DNA of 64,000 nucleotides from Mobula hypostoma (GCF_963921235.1 NC_086097.1:168022001-168086000); one strand, 5' to 3'; shown: positions 23,616 through 38,166, counted from the stretch's first letter. Notes: generated by a model not told the origin, from the sequence alone. Program-made: numbers and translations.

Positions 23616-25054
23616 ACATTAATTCCATTTTATTCTCCCCACGTTCCCCTCAACCCCACCTTACTCCTCATCTGTACATCAGGGATAATTTGCAGCGAAC
23701 AACTAATCCTCCAACCTTCATGTCTTTGGGATGTGGGAGGAAATCAAAATACCCAGGGAAGGCTCATAGGGTCACAGAGAAAACACACAACACCCACACA
23801 GGTTTGGTGCTGGAGGTCAGGATTGAACCTGAGTCACTGGAGCTATGCGGCAGCAGCTCCAGTACTGATTCCAAAATAAATCACATCCACAATGCATCTT
23901 TAACAGGATCAGAATGTCTAACATGAGAGGGCATGCGTTTAAGGTGAGAGGCAGTAAGTTAAATAATGTGGAGGGCAATTCATTATTTTTTTTACATGAA
24001 GAGTGGTAGGTGCCTGGAATGCAGCAGCAGTGAAAGCAAATACAATAGAGACATTTAAGGGACTCAGACAGGCAGAGATATGAAAGATTCATATGGACAG
24101 ACGGGTCCAGTTCAGCAGGCTTTAATTACTAGTTGAATTAGTTCAGCACAATGTTGTGGGTCAAAGGTTTTGCTCCGGTGCTGTTCTGGGTTTCTGACAA
24201 GATGCAGTTGGGCAGTTCATAAATGGGTGACAGGATGCTGAGCAGAGAGCGAGAGATAACAGAAGTCTAAACAAGCCATGGTCAGGGATAAAGAGGGTAC
24301 CAAACACAGAGCCTGTAGGAGTAAATGGAAGAGGGTAATTGAAGGACAATTCTAAAGCAACAATGGGCTTGTAACTGGCAGGAGTATGAGCAAGTGAGCT
24401 GAGGAAAGTTAATTAGAGGGGATTCCATGAGCCCAGAGACAAACGGAAAATTACTCCAGTCAGGATACCAGGACAGATGTCCTAGGACAATTGGATGGAG
24501 TGATCTGAAACTACACAGAGGTAAAGAATCGACAAAGGAATGGGAGGTCAAAGGGAATGCAGAGTTCAAAGGTTAAAGCATCATGGTCACAGCTATACCA
24601 CAAGTCACTGGCTGTCTAATGAAATTTATCTTTTTGAAATAAAACTGTTTTTTAAACAAAGGTCACTGCCACAGATATTTGAATCAATAACTGACCACAG
24701 GGTTTGTATCAATGATTAACTACTTATATTTATGAGCGTGGAAAGGAAAGTCACATTAACTGGCATCATTTCACTTTGTTATAGCCACAGAATTGTTCAA
24801 AAAGCAAGTCAGCTACTTTCCCCATTTTAAAAACTGCTTTCCAACTAGTTGCAATCCCTGCTCTTTCACAATGTTTCTGGAATGTTTCCAATTTTAAGCA
24901 TTTATCCAAATCCCTTTCAAAAAATTATTATTGAATCTCCTTCCACCACTTTACAGGCAGTGCATTGGCAACCCACATTGGCAACCCACTAATAAGTTCA
25001 CCGCAATTAACTTCTGCTGGCATGCCACCCGTTCTGCAAATGGTGTTAACCCAC

Positions 25055-25163
25055 CTGTCGGGAGCAATTCAGTGCCAAGGAGAGCTGATGAAGATCATTT
25101 TCTACTTCCTCGCAAATGGAGCAACCATCCCCATGCAAAGCAATGCTGTTAACTAGAACAAAA
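25055..25163 (-). CDS. MPPE1: MPPE1 coding exon 5 (FVLVNSIALHGDGCSICEEVENDLHQLSLALNCSRQ)
   Basis: MPPE1-like VNSxAxxGDGC motif; acceptor tttgcag, donor gtgggt; 109 nt. Confidence 0.95.
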
Positions 25164-25624
25164 CTGCAAACACAAAGGGCAGCATAAATCTTCCATCCAT
25201 CCACATGATGAATAAGCACAGTTCTTCAAGCACACAAAGGAACGTTGCTGGTTTCTATTTTGGCTGCACTGAACTGAGGTCAAGTTCGAACAAAAACAAA
25301 ATATCAGCTTAATCCCGACCTCTCAGCATCACCCACTGCTACACCAGCTGCCTGCAGTACACAATCCCATTTTCTGCCAATTCCAGCTCTAGGCTCCCAT
25401 CCATTGAAATTGCTGAAACATATTTTACTTTAACACTTTATAAGTGTCACAAATAACCGAGGATGCGAGGACACCATTTGCTGCCACTCCATGAGTCCGC
25501 ACTGGATCTTCTTGAGGAGCAATCCACCTGGTTCCTCTCACTACATCCCATTGATTTCTTCTCCCTTGAGTACTGGGTGGGGGTGGGGGTGGGGGCGGGG
25601 GCGGGGGAAGAGGCTTCATGTGCA

Positions 25625-26155
25625 CTGCAACTCTAATAAATGAAACAAAGTTGTACAAGACATTGGCAAGACTGAATTTGGAATAGTGCATGCAAGTCTG
25701 GTCACCTACCTACAGAAAAGATAAGCTTGAAAGAATGCAGAGAAAATTTACAAGGACATCAGGACTGAAGGCCCTGAGTTACATAAATAGGTTGAATAGT
25801 TTAGGATTTAATTCTGTAGAGTGCCAAAAAATGAGGGGAGACCTTACAGAGGTATACAAAATTATGAGGGGTATGGATAGGGTAAATACATGCATTTCCC
25901 CACTCAGATTGGGTGAGGTGATAGGTTTAGGGTGAAAGGTGAAATATTTAAAGAAAATCTGAGGGGGAACTTCTTCACTCAGAGGGTGGTGTAACTGTGG
26001 AATGAGCTGCCAGTGGAAGTGATAGGTGCAGGTCAATTATGATGTTGAAGATAAGTTTGAGTAGGTACATGGATGAGAGGGACTTGGAGAGATACAGTCC
26101 AGGTACAGATAGATGGGACTAGGCAGAAGACCAGGTCACATGGACTAGGTAAGCT
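25625..26155 (+). mobile_element. CR1 RT C-terminal/3' fragment
   Basis: QVWSP..ERMQRKFTR..RGDLTEVYKIMRG motifs. Confidence 0.8.
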
Positions 26156-26172
26156 GTATGAATCTATTAAGC

Positions 26173-26928
26173 CAGCAGTCCCCAACTACCGGGCTGTGGA
26201 CCAGTACCGGGCCGCAAAGCATGTGCTACCAGGCTGTGAGGAAACGATATGAGTCAGCTGCACCTCTCCTCATTCCCTGTCACGCACTGTTGAACTTGAA
26301 CATAGGATTGCCAACTGTCCCGTATTTGCCGGGACATCCCGTATATTGGGCTAAATTGACTTGTCCCATACTTCCCCAGCTAAGGTTGAGCGTTCCTATG
26401 AAACCGTTCATGCCAAGATGGCGTGAAGCGAAGAAGCAGTTACCATTAATTTATATGAGAAAAATTTTTGAGCATTCCCAGACCCAAAAAAAACCTACCA
26501 AATAACACATAAAACCTAAAATAACAGTAACATATAGTAAAAGCAGGAATAATATGATAAATACACAACCTATATAAAGTAGAAATAATGTATGTACAGT
26601 GTAGTCGGGAAGATGAAAGCAAAACCGATTTGTGGGGGGAAAAAATCGGCACATACGCACATCACATGTGCACGTCACGCATGCGCACACAGGTGCCCGT
26701 GCAAGGCTTCATGATCATGATAGTCTTTCCTGGGGTAAAGTGTCCCAGGATTTGACTGCTACTCTTGTCCCTTATTTGGGAGTGAGAAAGCTGGCAACCC
26801 TAACTGTGAAAGACATGTTGAGGTGAGCCTAACCCTACTTGACCACTACCACCCCCGGGTTGGCCGGTCCACAAGAATATCGTCAATATTAAACCGGTTC
26901 GCGGTGCAAAAAAGGTTGGGGACCCCTG
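26173..26928. mobile_element. Non-autonomous hAT (Charlie-type) element
   Basis: TIRs CAGCAGTCCCCAAC / GTTGGGGACCCCTG; perfect 8 bp TSD TATTAAGC at 26165-26172 and 26929-26936. Confidence 0.92.
26303..26802. mobile_element. Second TIR element nested inside the MITE
   Basis: TIRs TAGGATTGCCA / TGGCAACCCTA; no TSD. Confidence 0.7.
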
Positions 26929-27759
26929 TATTAAGCAGATGAATCAACTTAAGAGTGCCCTGTTGAAGAAACGTCAGCAATTTCTTTCCCTTCCCCACAG
27001 ATGCTGCTCAAACCGCTCGGTTCCTTCAGCAAATTGTTTGTTTCTCCAGATTCCTGTGTCTGTGTGTACACTAAATGTATGCTTGTTAGTGTCCGTCCAG
27101 CCATGAGAGAGATCGATATCCAACTTCCTTTATGATCACCATTCAGAACAACCAAAAATAAACTACACTGAACCACTGCACTTCTAATATTTAAAAGTTT
27201 ACAATATGCTATTGCCTCTTTGCCACACACTTTCCATACATTAATTTTTTTAAACTAATTGGAGAAAAATACATTTATAGTCAAAAATAAGTGGCTAATA
27301 AGAATTAGAAGCAGGAGCCCATTTGCTGCCTTGAGCTTGTTCAATACCATGGCTATGACTAATGCTCACCTGTCTCAGGCCTCCTGATTACTATCAAAAT
27401 CTATTGCCTGCAGCCCTTGAGCATACATCCAGTGCCTGAGCATTTAAAACAGGCTAAGGGAGAGCTTCTTTTTAGATCTCGGTGTAGCTACGTTCTGAAG
27501 TTCACCGCAGCAAGGAAACAGAATTGATCAGGGCTTTCAGTAAAGAGCCAGAAGGATCCTTGAGGCAGCACAATCTGTAAAGCTGCCACAAAAGACCTCA
27601 GGAACAGGGCCTAACAGGATTGCTCTTCAACCTGGAATTTCAAACCTATTAAACAATGCTCCCTGACCAACTGAGTGTTTCTGATTTTACTTTGCGCTAT
27701 CAGGAGATGGCGTAGATCGAAAGGTTCAGATGGCCTGTTCTTGTGTCAAAATATTTCAA

Positions 27760-29555
27760 CAATTCAGTGTTCCACAGGGATCTGTTCTGGGACCTCGGCT
27801 GTTTGTGATGTACTGTGATATCAATCACTTGGATGAAAATGTAGATGGATGGATGGATAGCGAGTTTGAAGGTAAAACCACAATTGGTGGAGCTCTGGAC
27901 AGTATAAAGGACCATCAAGTAATACTGTGGGATACAGATCAGTTACAGAGAGGAACAAGTGTGAGCTGTTGCACTTTGGGAGGTCAAATGAAAGTAGAAA
28001 GTGTGCAGTTAGTGGCAGGCCCCTTAATAGAATTGAGGCACAGAAGGACGTTGAGGTCCAGGTCCACCCTTCACTGAAGTGCTATGCAAGTGGATAGGGC
28101 AGTAAAGAAGGGGTATGGCATATTTGTCTTCGTTGGTATTGGTGTTGGCAAATGGAATGTCGGCCTTCATTGCTAGAGGGATTGAATTTAAGAGTAGGGA
28201 GGTTATGCTGCAACTGTACAGGGCACTGGTGAGGCTGCACCTCGAGTACTGCGTGCAGTTCTGGTCTCCTTACTTGAAGGAGGATATACTGGCTTTGGAG
28301 GTGGTACACAGAAGGTTCATCAGGTTGATTCCAGAGATGAGGAGGTTAGACTATGAGGAGAGATTGAGTCGCCTGGGACTGTACTCACTGGAATTCAGAA
28401 GAATGATAGGAGATCTTATAGAAACATATAAAATCACGAAAGGGACAGATAAGATAGAGGCAGGAAAGTTGTTTCCACTGGTACAACTAGGGGACATAAC
28501 CTCAAGAGTCAGGGAGTAGATTTAGGGTGGAGATGAGGAGGATTTAGGGAATTGCTTTTCCCTAAAATTGGTGAATCTGTGCAATTCTCTGCTCAATGAA
28601 GCAGTGGAGGCTAACTCAACAAATATAATTAAAACAAGGTTGGATAGGCTTTTGGTAGTAGGGGAAATTAAGAGTTATAGGGGAAAGGCAGGTAGGTGGA
28701 TATGAGTCCATGACCAGATCAGCCATGAATTTATTGAATGGCGGAGCAGGCTCGATGGGCCAGATAGCCCACTCCTGCTCGTATTTTTTTTTGAGTACAA
28801 GGATAAGGAAATTATCTCAGTCCGCACTTGGAGTATTGTATGCAGTTCTCGACAGGATGCATGTGGAGACTGTGGAAAATATGCAGAAGAGGTTTACCAG
28901 GATGCTGCCTTAATTAGATGGTAAGAACTACAAGAAAAGTTCGGGCAAACTTGAGTTGTTCTCCCTAGAACGTCAGAAGGAGAGAAGCAACCTGACAGAG
29001 ATTTTTTAAATGATAAGAGGCATGGGTAGGGTAAACCAAATCTATTATCCGGGGCAGAAACATCAAACATTAGAGGACATGCTTTTAAGGCTGGGGGGAG
29101 GGGGGTTTAAAAGGTGCCATGAGGAGCAAGTTTGTCTTTTTTTATTATTATGTCAGGAGTGCTAGGTGCCTGCAATGGGTAACCAGGGTGGTAGCAGTGG
29201 AAGAAAGCATTTTGGTGGGTATTTAGTCATAGTCATAGTCATATTTTATTGATCCCGGGGGAAATTGGTTTTCGTTACAGTTGCACCATAAATAATTAAA
29301 TAGTAATATGTAAGTTATGCCAGGAAATAAGTCTAGGACCAGCCTATTGGCTCAGGGTGTCTGACCCTCCAAGGGAGGAGTTGTAAAGTTTGATGGCCAC
29401 AGGCCATCTATATTTGATAGACAGATGAATGTGAAGGGAATGGAGGGTTGTCAGTTACTGGAGGAGAATGTTTAGTATAAATTGGTAAAACATCAACAAA
29501 ACATGGTGGGCCAAGTGCCCTGTGCAATGCTACACTGTTCTGTTTTCTGTATTCA
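27760..29555 (+). mobile_element. Nested CR1 fragments: an old copy split by a younger copy at about 28136-28790 and a Rex1 tail at 29224-29404
   Basis: VPQGSVLGP in the old copy; LEYCVQFWSP and LYSLEFRR in the younger copy. Confidence 0.8.
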
Positions 29556-30475
29556 TCAGCTCTGACATCTACCTCCCAGTCATACACAAATTGTGCTTTG
29601 CTGATGCCAACACATCACAACCTTCCATTTTGTAACACAGGGATGAATTATTAGTGATGGCTCCATCATTCTAACCTACTACGTACATGCTTCATTGCTC
29701 TTCCGTAGTTACCAGTCTGACTATCTTTCAAAGTGATCCAATCCTGACAGTAAAGAGACATACACCTACACTGAACATTTTAAGCTGTGTCTTAAGCATT
29801 CCAGCTATCAACAGACAGGCACGGTGGACAATAACGCTCTGTTCAAATGATATCCTGGTGCAGTGGTTGCAACAGGATGCATTTACTTACAGTGCCCAGT
29901 GGAGAACCACCAGCCTACACAGACATTCTTCCTTTGAACGACTGATTGGATATAGACTACTTAAGCTCTGCCAGATACTCACACAGGCAGAGCAGGAACA
30001 CCCCTAGCTTATACAAAACACTACAGATACAACTGGACTTTACACTAACCACCCAACCTTTACAATAAGCCTTCATATCTACCTGGTGTAGCTTGCAGCT
30101 TTGAATTACTAGAAGCACAAGTGGATTATGCAGCAAACCGCCATTCCTGCTAACATAATTATGGTTTAAATCTCTGTTGGCAATATGGCTGTCACAGAAA
30201 GCTCCAGCTAATCACTGACCCTATCCTTTTCTCAGGAATGCCTAGAGAAAGGCTTCTGTTAAATCACTGCCACTAGGTAGATCCTGCCTACTGGTCTGTT
30301 CCACATTACATCTCCCTAAAAGAAAAACTCTGTGATTGAAAGGAAGTCAAATGAAGAAATATTACAGTTTCTCCCCACTTCATTAACTCCCAATCTACAT
30401 CACTATGGAACACACTTTAAGTATTCCCTAGCAAAAGAATCAGGCAGGAAGGTGGATATAACAGAGTCCACTTAC

Positions 30476-30556
30476 TTTATACCCTTCCTCGACACCACTT
30501 TAGCGGAGGTGAAGTTAAACGTATACTCAAACCTCTGCAGTTTGTACGAATCCATC
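30476..30556 (-). CDS. MPPE1: MPPE1 coding exon 4 (MDSYKLQRFEYTFNFTSAKVVSRKGI)
   Basis: Translated by hand; acceptor tttcacag, donor gtaagt; 81 nt, phase 2-2 fits both neighbours. Confidence 0.93.
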
Positions 30557-33500
30557 CTGTGAAAGCAAGCCAAATACAGAGGACGGCAGTCATTTATACA
30601 AACTCAACATTTTCAGACCAAAATGTCCTGTTTAATCGGAGTTCACACTGGAACATGCAGACATTATCAGGAGAAGATAGCAACAGCAAAGCTGGCCTAC
30701 ACCCCTGTAGCCAAACCTGCAACAGAAACATTTGAACTCATGGCAAACCAATGCCAACTGAAATCTATCAGAGTATCTATCCCAACCTGGTGGCAGGTCA
30801 TTTAAAAAAAACTTTCAAAATAAACCATGATGAAGAATCCTCAGAGAAGTGACTCATACACAAACAGCTTCAACCCAAGGGCACAATATCCATCTGTATT
30901 CAGCGCAGAACATGTGCAGACAGGGCGATCACAACCACTTACTAAAGCAAGAAAACCAGGCTTACTGTTCTTCCCTTTCATACCAACTTTTCCATGAAAA
31001 CTGATGATAAGGACGAATTAAGCTGAGTACTGCCTTGGTTTGTAATGAGTAGAATGAATACTACTCAAAAAGAAGGGATTAGTGGCAATCCATTGTCACA
31101 GGTTTGATTTTGTACTCTAATAAGGGGTATTTAGGGGTAAGCTGGTTAACTGGCAAGGAACCATGGACATGACTGATGACTGCAGAGATAGGAGCAGGTA
31201 CCTTCAAGTGAGGGTTATGTTCAGAGTAAGAGTTGGACTTGGACTTCTGCCCCTTTATTTGTTGAAGGAAAGGAATCAGTTAAAGTACAAAGAGTGCAGA
31301 ATGGAAAGTTTAAAAGATTCAGGGAGCAGCTATACTGAACCCTGTGACCACGCAAGTAGTTGAGGATAGTCTGTCACAGATAGCCTCGGATATATCTTTT
31401 CACCCATGATGCCCTTCACTGCCGAAGCAGCAGAAACTCAAGCTCACTGGTCTAATATACAACACATTTTATATCCGTCTACCATCCTGCAATTCCAACA
31501 GCCAGCACCTTCAACGTAAGCAACACACACAAGATATTGGAGGAACTCAGCAGGTCAGGCAGCACCTATGGAAATGAATAAACAGTCAACGTTTTGGGCT
31601 GAGATCCTTCTTCAGGACTATGAGACACTCTTTCAATGAAACAAGTCTCAATTAGATCACTGTCACACTCTACATTCCAGCAAGTCTTGGGTATCCAATC
31701 ACCTTGAAATCATGCAGTCAAAGAGAGAGCACAGTTGGTCACAATGACATTAATTCCATTTCTTAATCTCCCCACATTCTCATCAATTCCCTCAGATTCT
31801 ACCACTCACCCACACAAGGAGTAATTTACAGTGGGCAATTAACCTATCAACCCATAGATCTGAGAGGAAACCGGAACACCCAGAGGAAACCCAAGCGGTC
31901 AGAGGGTTAATGTACAAATTCCACACAACCAGCACCCAAGGTCAGGACTGAACCCATTCTTTGATGCCTTGAGGGGCTGGGTGCACTAGCTGCACAACTC
32001 TGCTACCCTACCACTACCTGCATTACTTCTAAAGTAAGTACGTTTTCACTTTGGTGCAAGGACAAAAATTGTACACCAATCTCCATGGGTGATCCCAGCA
32101 AAGCTCTGTACAATTACACCAACCTTCTTACCACTTAACTCCAGCCTCTTGAGCCAAAGCTCAACATGCAATTCAGTTCCAGATTACTTACTTCAAAGCT
32201 CCACTTCCCTTGTTTCCTGAACCAGCACAAGCCCTTTCCTCACACAAACTTTTCACTTGTTTAAAGCAATCAGTCTTATTATCTTTAGTTTACTTTGGAG
32301 TCTAAACTGAGAGATTTGCTCAAAAGCAAAAGATGTTCAAGATGTTTAAGATCAAACTATCAACAGTGATCACCCCTTTTCTTCTCCTCACCTGCCCATC
32401 ACATCTCTCTAGTTCCCCTCCTCCTTCCCTTTATTCTGTCCGCTCCTATTACATTTGTTCTTCTTGAGCCCTCTGCCACTTCCATCTATCCCCTCCAAGC
32501 TTTTTGCTTCAACCTCCTTCCCCCACCCACCTTCGCCCTCACCTGGTCTCACCCGCCAGCTTGTACTGCTCCTGCTCTGCCACCTTCTTATTCTGGCTTC
32601 GGCCCCCTTCCTGCCCAGGCCCGAAGAAGGGTCTTGGCCCAAAATGTTGTCCCTTCCACAGAGGCTGCCTGACTTGCTGAATTTCTTCAGAATTTGTGTG
32701 TTTTGCTCAATTACAGTTCAAAGTAAATTTATTATCAAGGTACATATATGTCACCATATACAACCCAGAGATTCATTTTCTTGCAGGCCTACTCAATAAA
32801 TCCATAACAGAATAATAGCCATAATAAAATCAATGGAAGACTACACCAACTTGGACATTCAACCAGTGTGCAAAAAACAACAAAATCAGCAAATACAAAG
32901 AAAGAAAGAAATATAAATAAGCAATAAGTACCAAAAATATGAGATGAAGAGTCCTTGAAAGTGAGTGCATAGCTTGTGGGAACATTTCAATGATGAGGCA
33001 AGTGAAGCTGAGTGAAGTTATCCCCTCTGGTCAAAGAGCCTGATAGTTGAGGGGTAACAACTGTAGTAACAGTGAGCATTGGTCCAAGGTGATAAATCTC
33101 CTGCTTGCTCCAGAAACCCACTGTGACGAAAGAATGACCAGGTGCTACTGAAATTCGATTATAAGCCAGTGTTTATATTTATGAGCCACTGCTCTCTGTT
33201 TGATGGTCTGCTACAACCTGACTGAGTACTTTAAATGGAGCAACTTTCTCAGAAATTTTCTATTCTCCCTATCCCAGAAAATGAAGCAGCAAGCATTGAG
33301 TGTCTTTTCACTGGGATGATCTGGAGCTCTTAGAGTCTGCCCGTAACTAAAGAGTGGACTGGATATATCTTTTATAAATTTCTATTTACAAGTTTATTGA
33401 ATGTTCCAATTCAACCTTCCTGATTTAAAGTCGGCAGCCTCAACCTCGATGGTCGGGTTTTAAGAGTGGGTTGGGGAAGGAGTTTGTGTCAAGAAACCTG

Positions 33501-33823
33501 AAAATCCCAGGATACTGCCAGCTCTGCCGTTTTTAATGGAGAGAATGAAATCAAACTGAAGGTTTTCAGCGGGTTGAGCACCATTTGTGGGGTGGGGGAA
33601 CAACTGTTGACATTTCAGATTGAGACCATTCTGATGGGACCCACACCCACCTTCAAGTTTAGCAAAAGCCTCAAACCAGAAGGCTATTTTCCTCAAATTT
33701 GGCACAATAGGCCGAAATATTTCTGAAATGTCTTTACTGACAGAGAGCCGGACAGGAGCAGGCATCACAGTAATCCCACCACAAAGTCCAGAGATTGCAA
33801 TTATTAAATGTTATTCTACTCAC

Positions 33824-33927
33824 TCGTGATGGAAGCCGATATCATGATTGCCAACAACTACGAACAACTCCGTGGTGGTAGAATGTCTGAACATTATTTG
33901 AAAACGCCTCACATCTTCTTTAAAGTC
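33824..33927 (-). CDS. MPPE1: MPPE1 coding exon 3 ([34 protein letters not shown])
   Basis: Translated by hand; GNHD motif; acceptor aatag, donor gtgagt; 104 nt. Confidence 0.95.
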
Positions 33928-36307
33928 CTATTAAGTATTCATTGAAAGAGAAACACAATTACAGTTTCATTAACCTCCTCAAATCAAGAAATAAAAAGGA
34001 ACTCGAAGCAATGTTGTGCTTCCTGGTTCAGTTCACCAGAGGTATTCACAGAGAACGTCCAAACAGGAATTCATCATGGGCTCCTTCACTTTCACCTTAA
34101 AACCCACCTGACTCCCGATGAGGCCCGTGTTTACTGGCTCCATGTCCATCAGTCTAGTATGCCCCACTCGCTCCTGATTCGGCCGTTTCTTCAATATTAA
34201 AACTCTCATCCTTTATTTCACATCCCTGTATCCCTACCAGACTGAGGGAGGTACAGTAATGCTGGGAGAACATTCAGACTCCACACAGTCAGCACTGGAA
34301 GTTGAGATCCTCCAGAGTATTGCGGTTCTTTCAATGAGCTATACTTTATCACTGCCATAGTAAAGCAATCAGTATAATCAAAGACCCCACACACCCCAGA
34401 CATTCTCTCTACACCCCTATCCTATTGGGGAGAAGATAGAAAAGCCTAGGGACACCAGACTCAAGGACAGCTTATATTCCTCTGTATCAGACTCTTGAAC
34501 AGACCTTTTTGTACGATAAGACGGACCCATGGCCTCACAATCTACCTCCTCATGACCTTGCACTGCACTTCCTCGCTAGCTTTTACACTTTATTCTACAT
34601 TGTTATTGTTTTACCTTATTCTATTTCAATGCACTGTGTGATGATTTGATGGTATAAGCAGTATGCAAGATACGTCTTTCACTGTATCACGGTACGTGTC
34701 AATAATAAACCAACACCAATACACACAGACTGATCAGAACTAAACACTGAGTTTTCCAATTTTACATAACCTTCCTGTCTAGTGGGTTGTTTCCACCACA
34801 CCCCCATCTTCCTCTGGTCTACTTTGTCCCTTTCCTTTAAATCCCACCCCTCCCAGCACCCATCTTCACCCCTTTCTGGTTCCATCCACCCACTACACAT
34901 ACAGTTCACGCACAGGCCTTGCCCAGCACCACACCCTTCCCTAGCTGGTTCTATCTACCCATCTACCATACACCTCTCCCCTAATTGTTCCCATTATCAC
35001 CTCTTTCACTTGTCAGGGTCCAGTACTGGGAGCACTTTGTGTTCCTGCTTAACCCCTCCAAAAGCTGCCTCCACCTTCACCCTACCCTCTCCACCTGCCT
35101 CTTCGTTTCTCTCTCTTTGTCTGCCTCCACCATCCATCATCATTGCCTCCAAACTCTACCGCACTCCCTTTCCCTGCCTACCTGTCATCTTACACAGCTC
35201 TTCAGCCCACCAGTCAGCTTGGAATGCTATCTCACCACACCCCTTCCCTTCCCTTCTCCGGTCATCTCCACTCTCGACCCTGGCACAGGATTTCTAGCTT
35301 TCTTTTCCTTTCCTCTCCTTTTCTCCCACAGATGCAGCCTGACCCGCTGTGTTCATCCAACAGATCCGGTTTCCAGTATCTGCAGTCTCTTGTGTCTCCA
35401 TTTCACTACCCTAATACAAGGTATGCCTACTTTGAAGGAATTTTACTCCTCTTCGCGAAGGGAGATCTGTGACACCCTTTGTGGCTTCTACCGCTGTCTG
35501 GCCCTTAGACCACATTCTTCCCAAAGTTCATTACTCCAGCCTCGTATCCTTCCTCTATATTCATCTTCTCTCCTCCTCCAATCATCTTATTTTTCTCTTT
35601 CTTTTCCCTCAGTATGCCAACACCTATCTGGCTTCAGATCCAATTGTCATTCACCCCTCATAGAGTCATACAGCAATACAGTATGGATACAGGCCCTTCA
35701 GCCTAATGCCCATGATAACCATGGTACCTGCCCAGTTAGTCCTAGTTTCCTGTGTTCAGCTCATATCCCTCCAAGATCTGTCCCTCCATGTACCTATCCA
35801 AGTGCTTCTTAAAAGCTCCTTTAGTTCCTGGCTTAATCACTCCTGGCAACTCCTTCCATATGTCCAACACCTTCTGTGTGAAAAGGTTGCTCTTCATCTC
35901 TTCATGCTCCTTATAAGTCTTCCCTCTCTCGCCCAAACCTATGCCCCCTAGTCTTCCCCTACCCTGGGGAAAAGACTGTTACAACCCATCTTATCATAAT
36001 CACCTATAATTTTAAACACCTCTGTAGGTTTGCCCCTCTGTGTGCTCAGATACAAAGGAAATAGAGGGAAGATGACTGCCATGCTCAAGACTTTGGTGAT
36101 GCCAGGCCTGCAGACATTCTGAGTTCATGGTTAGTCCCATTAACACCCCAACACTCTTTTAATAAGTTCACTTTATTTAGTTACTACAGAAAATCATAAA
36201 TTTTCCAAGTAATCCCACTAAAAATTTAAAACAAAATAAACTAAGTTTCTGGGGGAACAAATAGGAATGTCCTGGGAGCTAGCATTGAACAGTGGGCCAA
36301 ACAGCCT

Positions 36308-36578
36308 GCAGCGCAGTGGTGTAGTGGCTAGCACAACGATTTACAGTACCAGTAACCGCACTTCAATTCCCGCTTCTGCCTATAAGAAGTTTGTACGTTC
36401 TCTCCACGACATTCTCTGGCTGTTCCAATTTCCTCCCACAGTCCAAAGACATACCGGTTGGTCGGTTATTGTAAATTGTCCTGTGATTAGGCCAAGATTA
36501 AATTGGAGGATTGCTGGCTGGTGCAGCTTGAAGAGCCAGAAGGGCCTGTTCTATGCTGTATCTCCAAATAAAAATAAA
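36308..36578 (+). mobile_element. V-SINE/HE1-like tRNA-derived SINE; related copies at about 1640-1850 (+) and 8730-8880, 10090-10350, 23620-23860, 31770-32010, 61540-61720 (-)
   Basis: A-box-like TGGTGTAGTGG; central GTTTGTACGTTCTC...TTTCCTCCCACAGTCCAAAGACAT resembling the V-domain; A-rich tail. Confidence 0.7.
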
Positions 36579-37100
36579 ACGTTTAAACACGGGCAGGGAC
36601 TTGGGGCCACAGTGAACCAGAAGCTATGTAAGCTACATCACCAGATGTTGAGCCATTGGGATTTCCAAATAGTCAGAGAAAAGATCATCAGTGTTTACTG
36701 TACTTCTGATCTTTGGCCTGAAATGTTAACTGGTGCTGCCTGACCTGGTGGGTATTTCCAGCAATTCTGGCTTTACTTCATTTGCAGTTTTTATTTTACT
36801 TTTTATTGCTGTAAGAAAAAAGCTTCACTGAGAAAGCAGTCTCTCTGATATTCCCTATAACCTATTTTCCCACATTCCCATCAATCCTACCATCCACACC
36901 ACACCAGGGATAACTTGTACAAGTTGAAATTTATAATTTAGAAGTTAATTAGCCCCTGTAAATTTCCCTTGAGTGAATGTTCAAATCTGCATGTGTTGAT
37001 GGGGATGTGGGGTAATTAAAAGAGATCAATGTTTAAGTGATAGTTTAAGTGTGTGGCCCCTCTCTCTAGGACCCTGTAAAATGATACAAACACACATTAC

Positions 37101-37209
37101 CTTTGGGGAACTCCACTTCCCTTCGTCAAACAGGTCACCAAGAATAAACACAGCATCTGGTTCAAAGAGCCACATGGCTGTCTGAAAGGCCCGTTCCATT
37201 TGCCATTCC
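37101..37209 (-). CDS. MPPE1: MPPE1 coding exon 2 ([36 protein letters not shown])
   Basis: GDLFD metal-binding motif; acceptor tttctcaag, donor gtaatg; 109 nt, phase matches exon 1. Confidence 0.96.
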
Positions 37210-37434
37210 CTTGAGAAACAGAAAAGAGCATTAAACGCCTCAACCAGTGACAATATCCTAGAAATGTTGCCATTTCCGTACTTATCACACCTCTGTGTCA
37301 ATATATAATCATGCATTTTGAAAGAACTCTATTTGTAAGGTACTTCAAGGATTCAAAAATAGGTGGAAAAAGGCAAGCCAAGAAGAAAAATTGGCCATCT
37401 TAGTAAGATTTCTCCAAAACCAACACTAAGTGCC

Positions 37435-38166
37435 TTCAGAAAGGGTAGGATGAGGGAACACAAACCAAGCCTCATAGAGAGATCAAAAGTGGAGAGAGAG
37501 AGAGTGAGCCATTTCAAGTTCCAGGGTGTCAAGATCTCTGAGGATCTAACCTGGTCCCAACATATTGATGCAGCTATAAAGAAGGCAAGACAGCAATTAT
37601 ATGTCATCAGGGAGTTTGAGGAGATTTGGTTTGTCACCTAAAACACTCAAAAACTTTTATAGATGTACCATGGAGAGCATTCTGAGAGTCTGCATCACCG
37701 TCTGGTCTGGGGGGGGGGGGGGAGGGAGGGGGAGTGGCTACTACACAGGATCGAAAGAAGCTACAGAAAGTTGTAAAATTAGTCAGCTCCATCTTGGCTA
37801 CCAGCCTCTGTAGTATCCAAGACATCTTCAAGGTGCGCAGCCTCTTTATTAAGGACCCCCATCACCCTGTTACCATCAGGAAAGAGGAACAAGAGCATGA
37901 ACGCACATACTCAGCAATTCAGGAACAGCTTCTTCCCCTTTGCCATCTGATTCCTAAATGGACATTGAACCCATGAGCACTACCTCACTTTTTTTAAATA
38001 TTATTTCTGTTTTTGCACCATTTTTAATTTAACTATTTATTATACATACATTTACTGTGATTGATTTACTTTTTTCTATATTATCACATATTGCATTGTA
38101 CTGCTGTCGCTAAGTTAACAAATTTCACAACATATGCCAGTGGAATTAAACCTGATTCTGATTCTG
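37435..38166 (+). mobile_element. Older Rex1/Babar-type LINE 3' fragment
   Basis: FKFQGVKISEDLTWSQHIDAAIKKARQQLY and FYRCTMESIL motifs; (ATTCTG)n tail. Confidence 0.8.

Noticed and set aside
34782..35812. 171 and 275 aa ORFs
   Set aside because: Low-complexity pyrimidine-rich decayed repeat sequence giving Ser/Pro/Leu-rich translations; non-ATG starts
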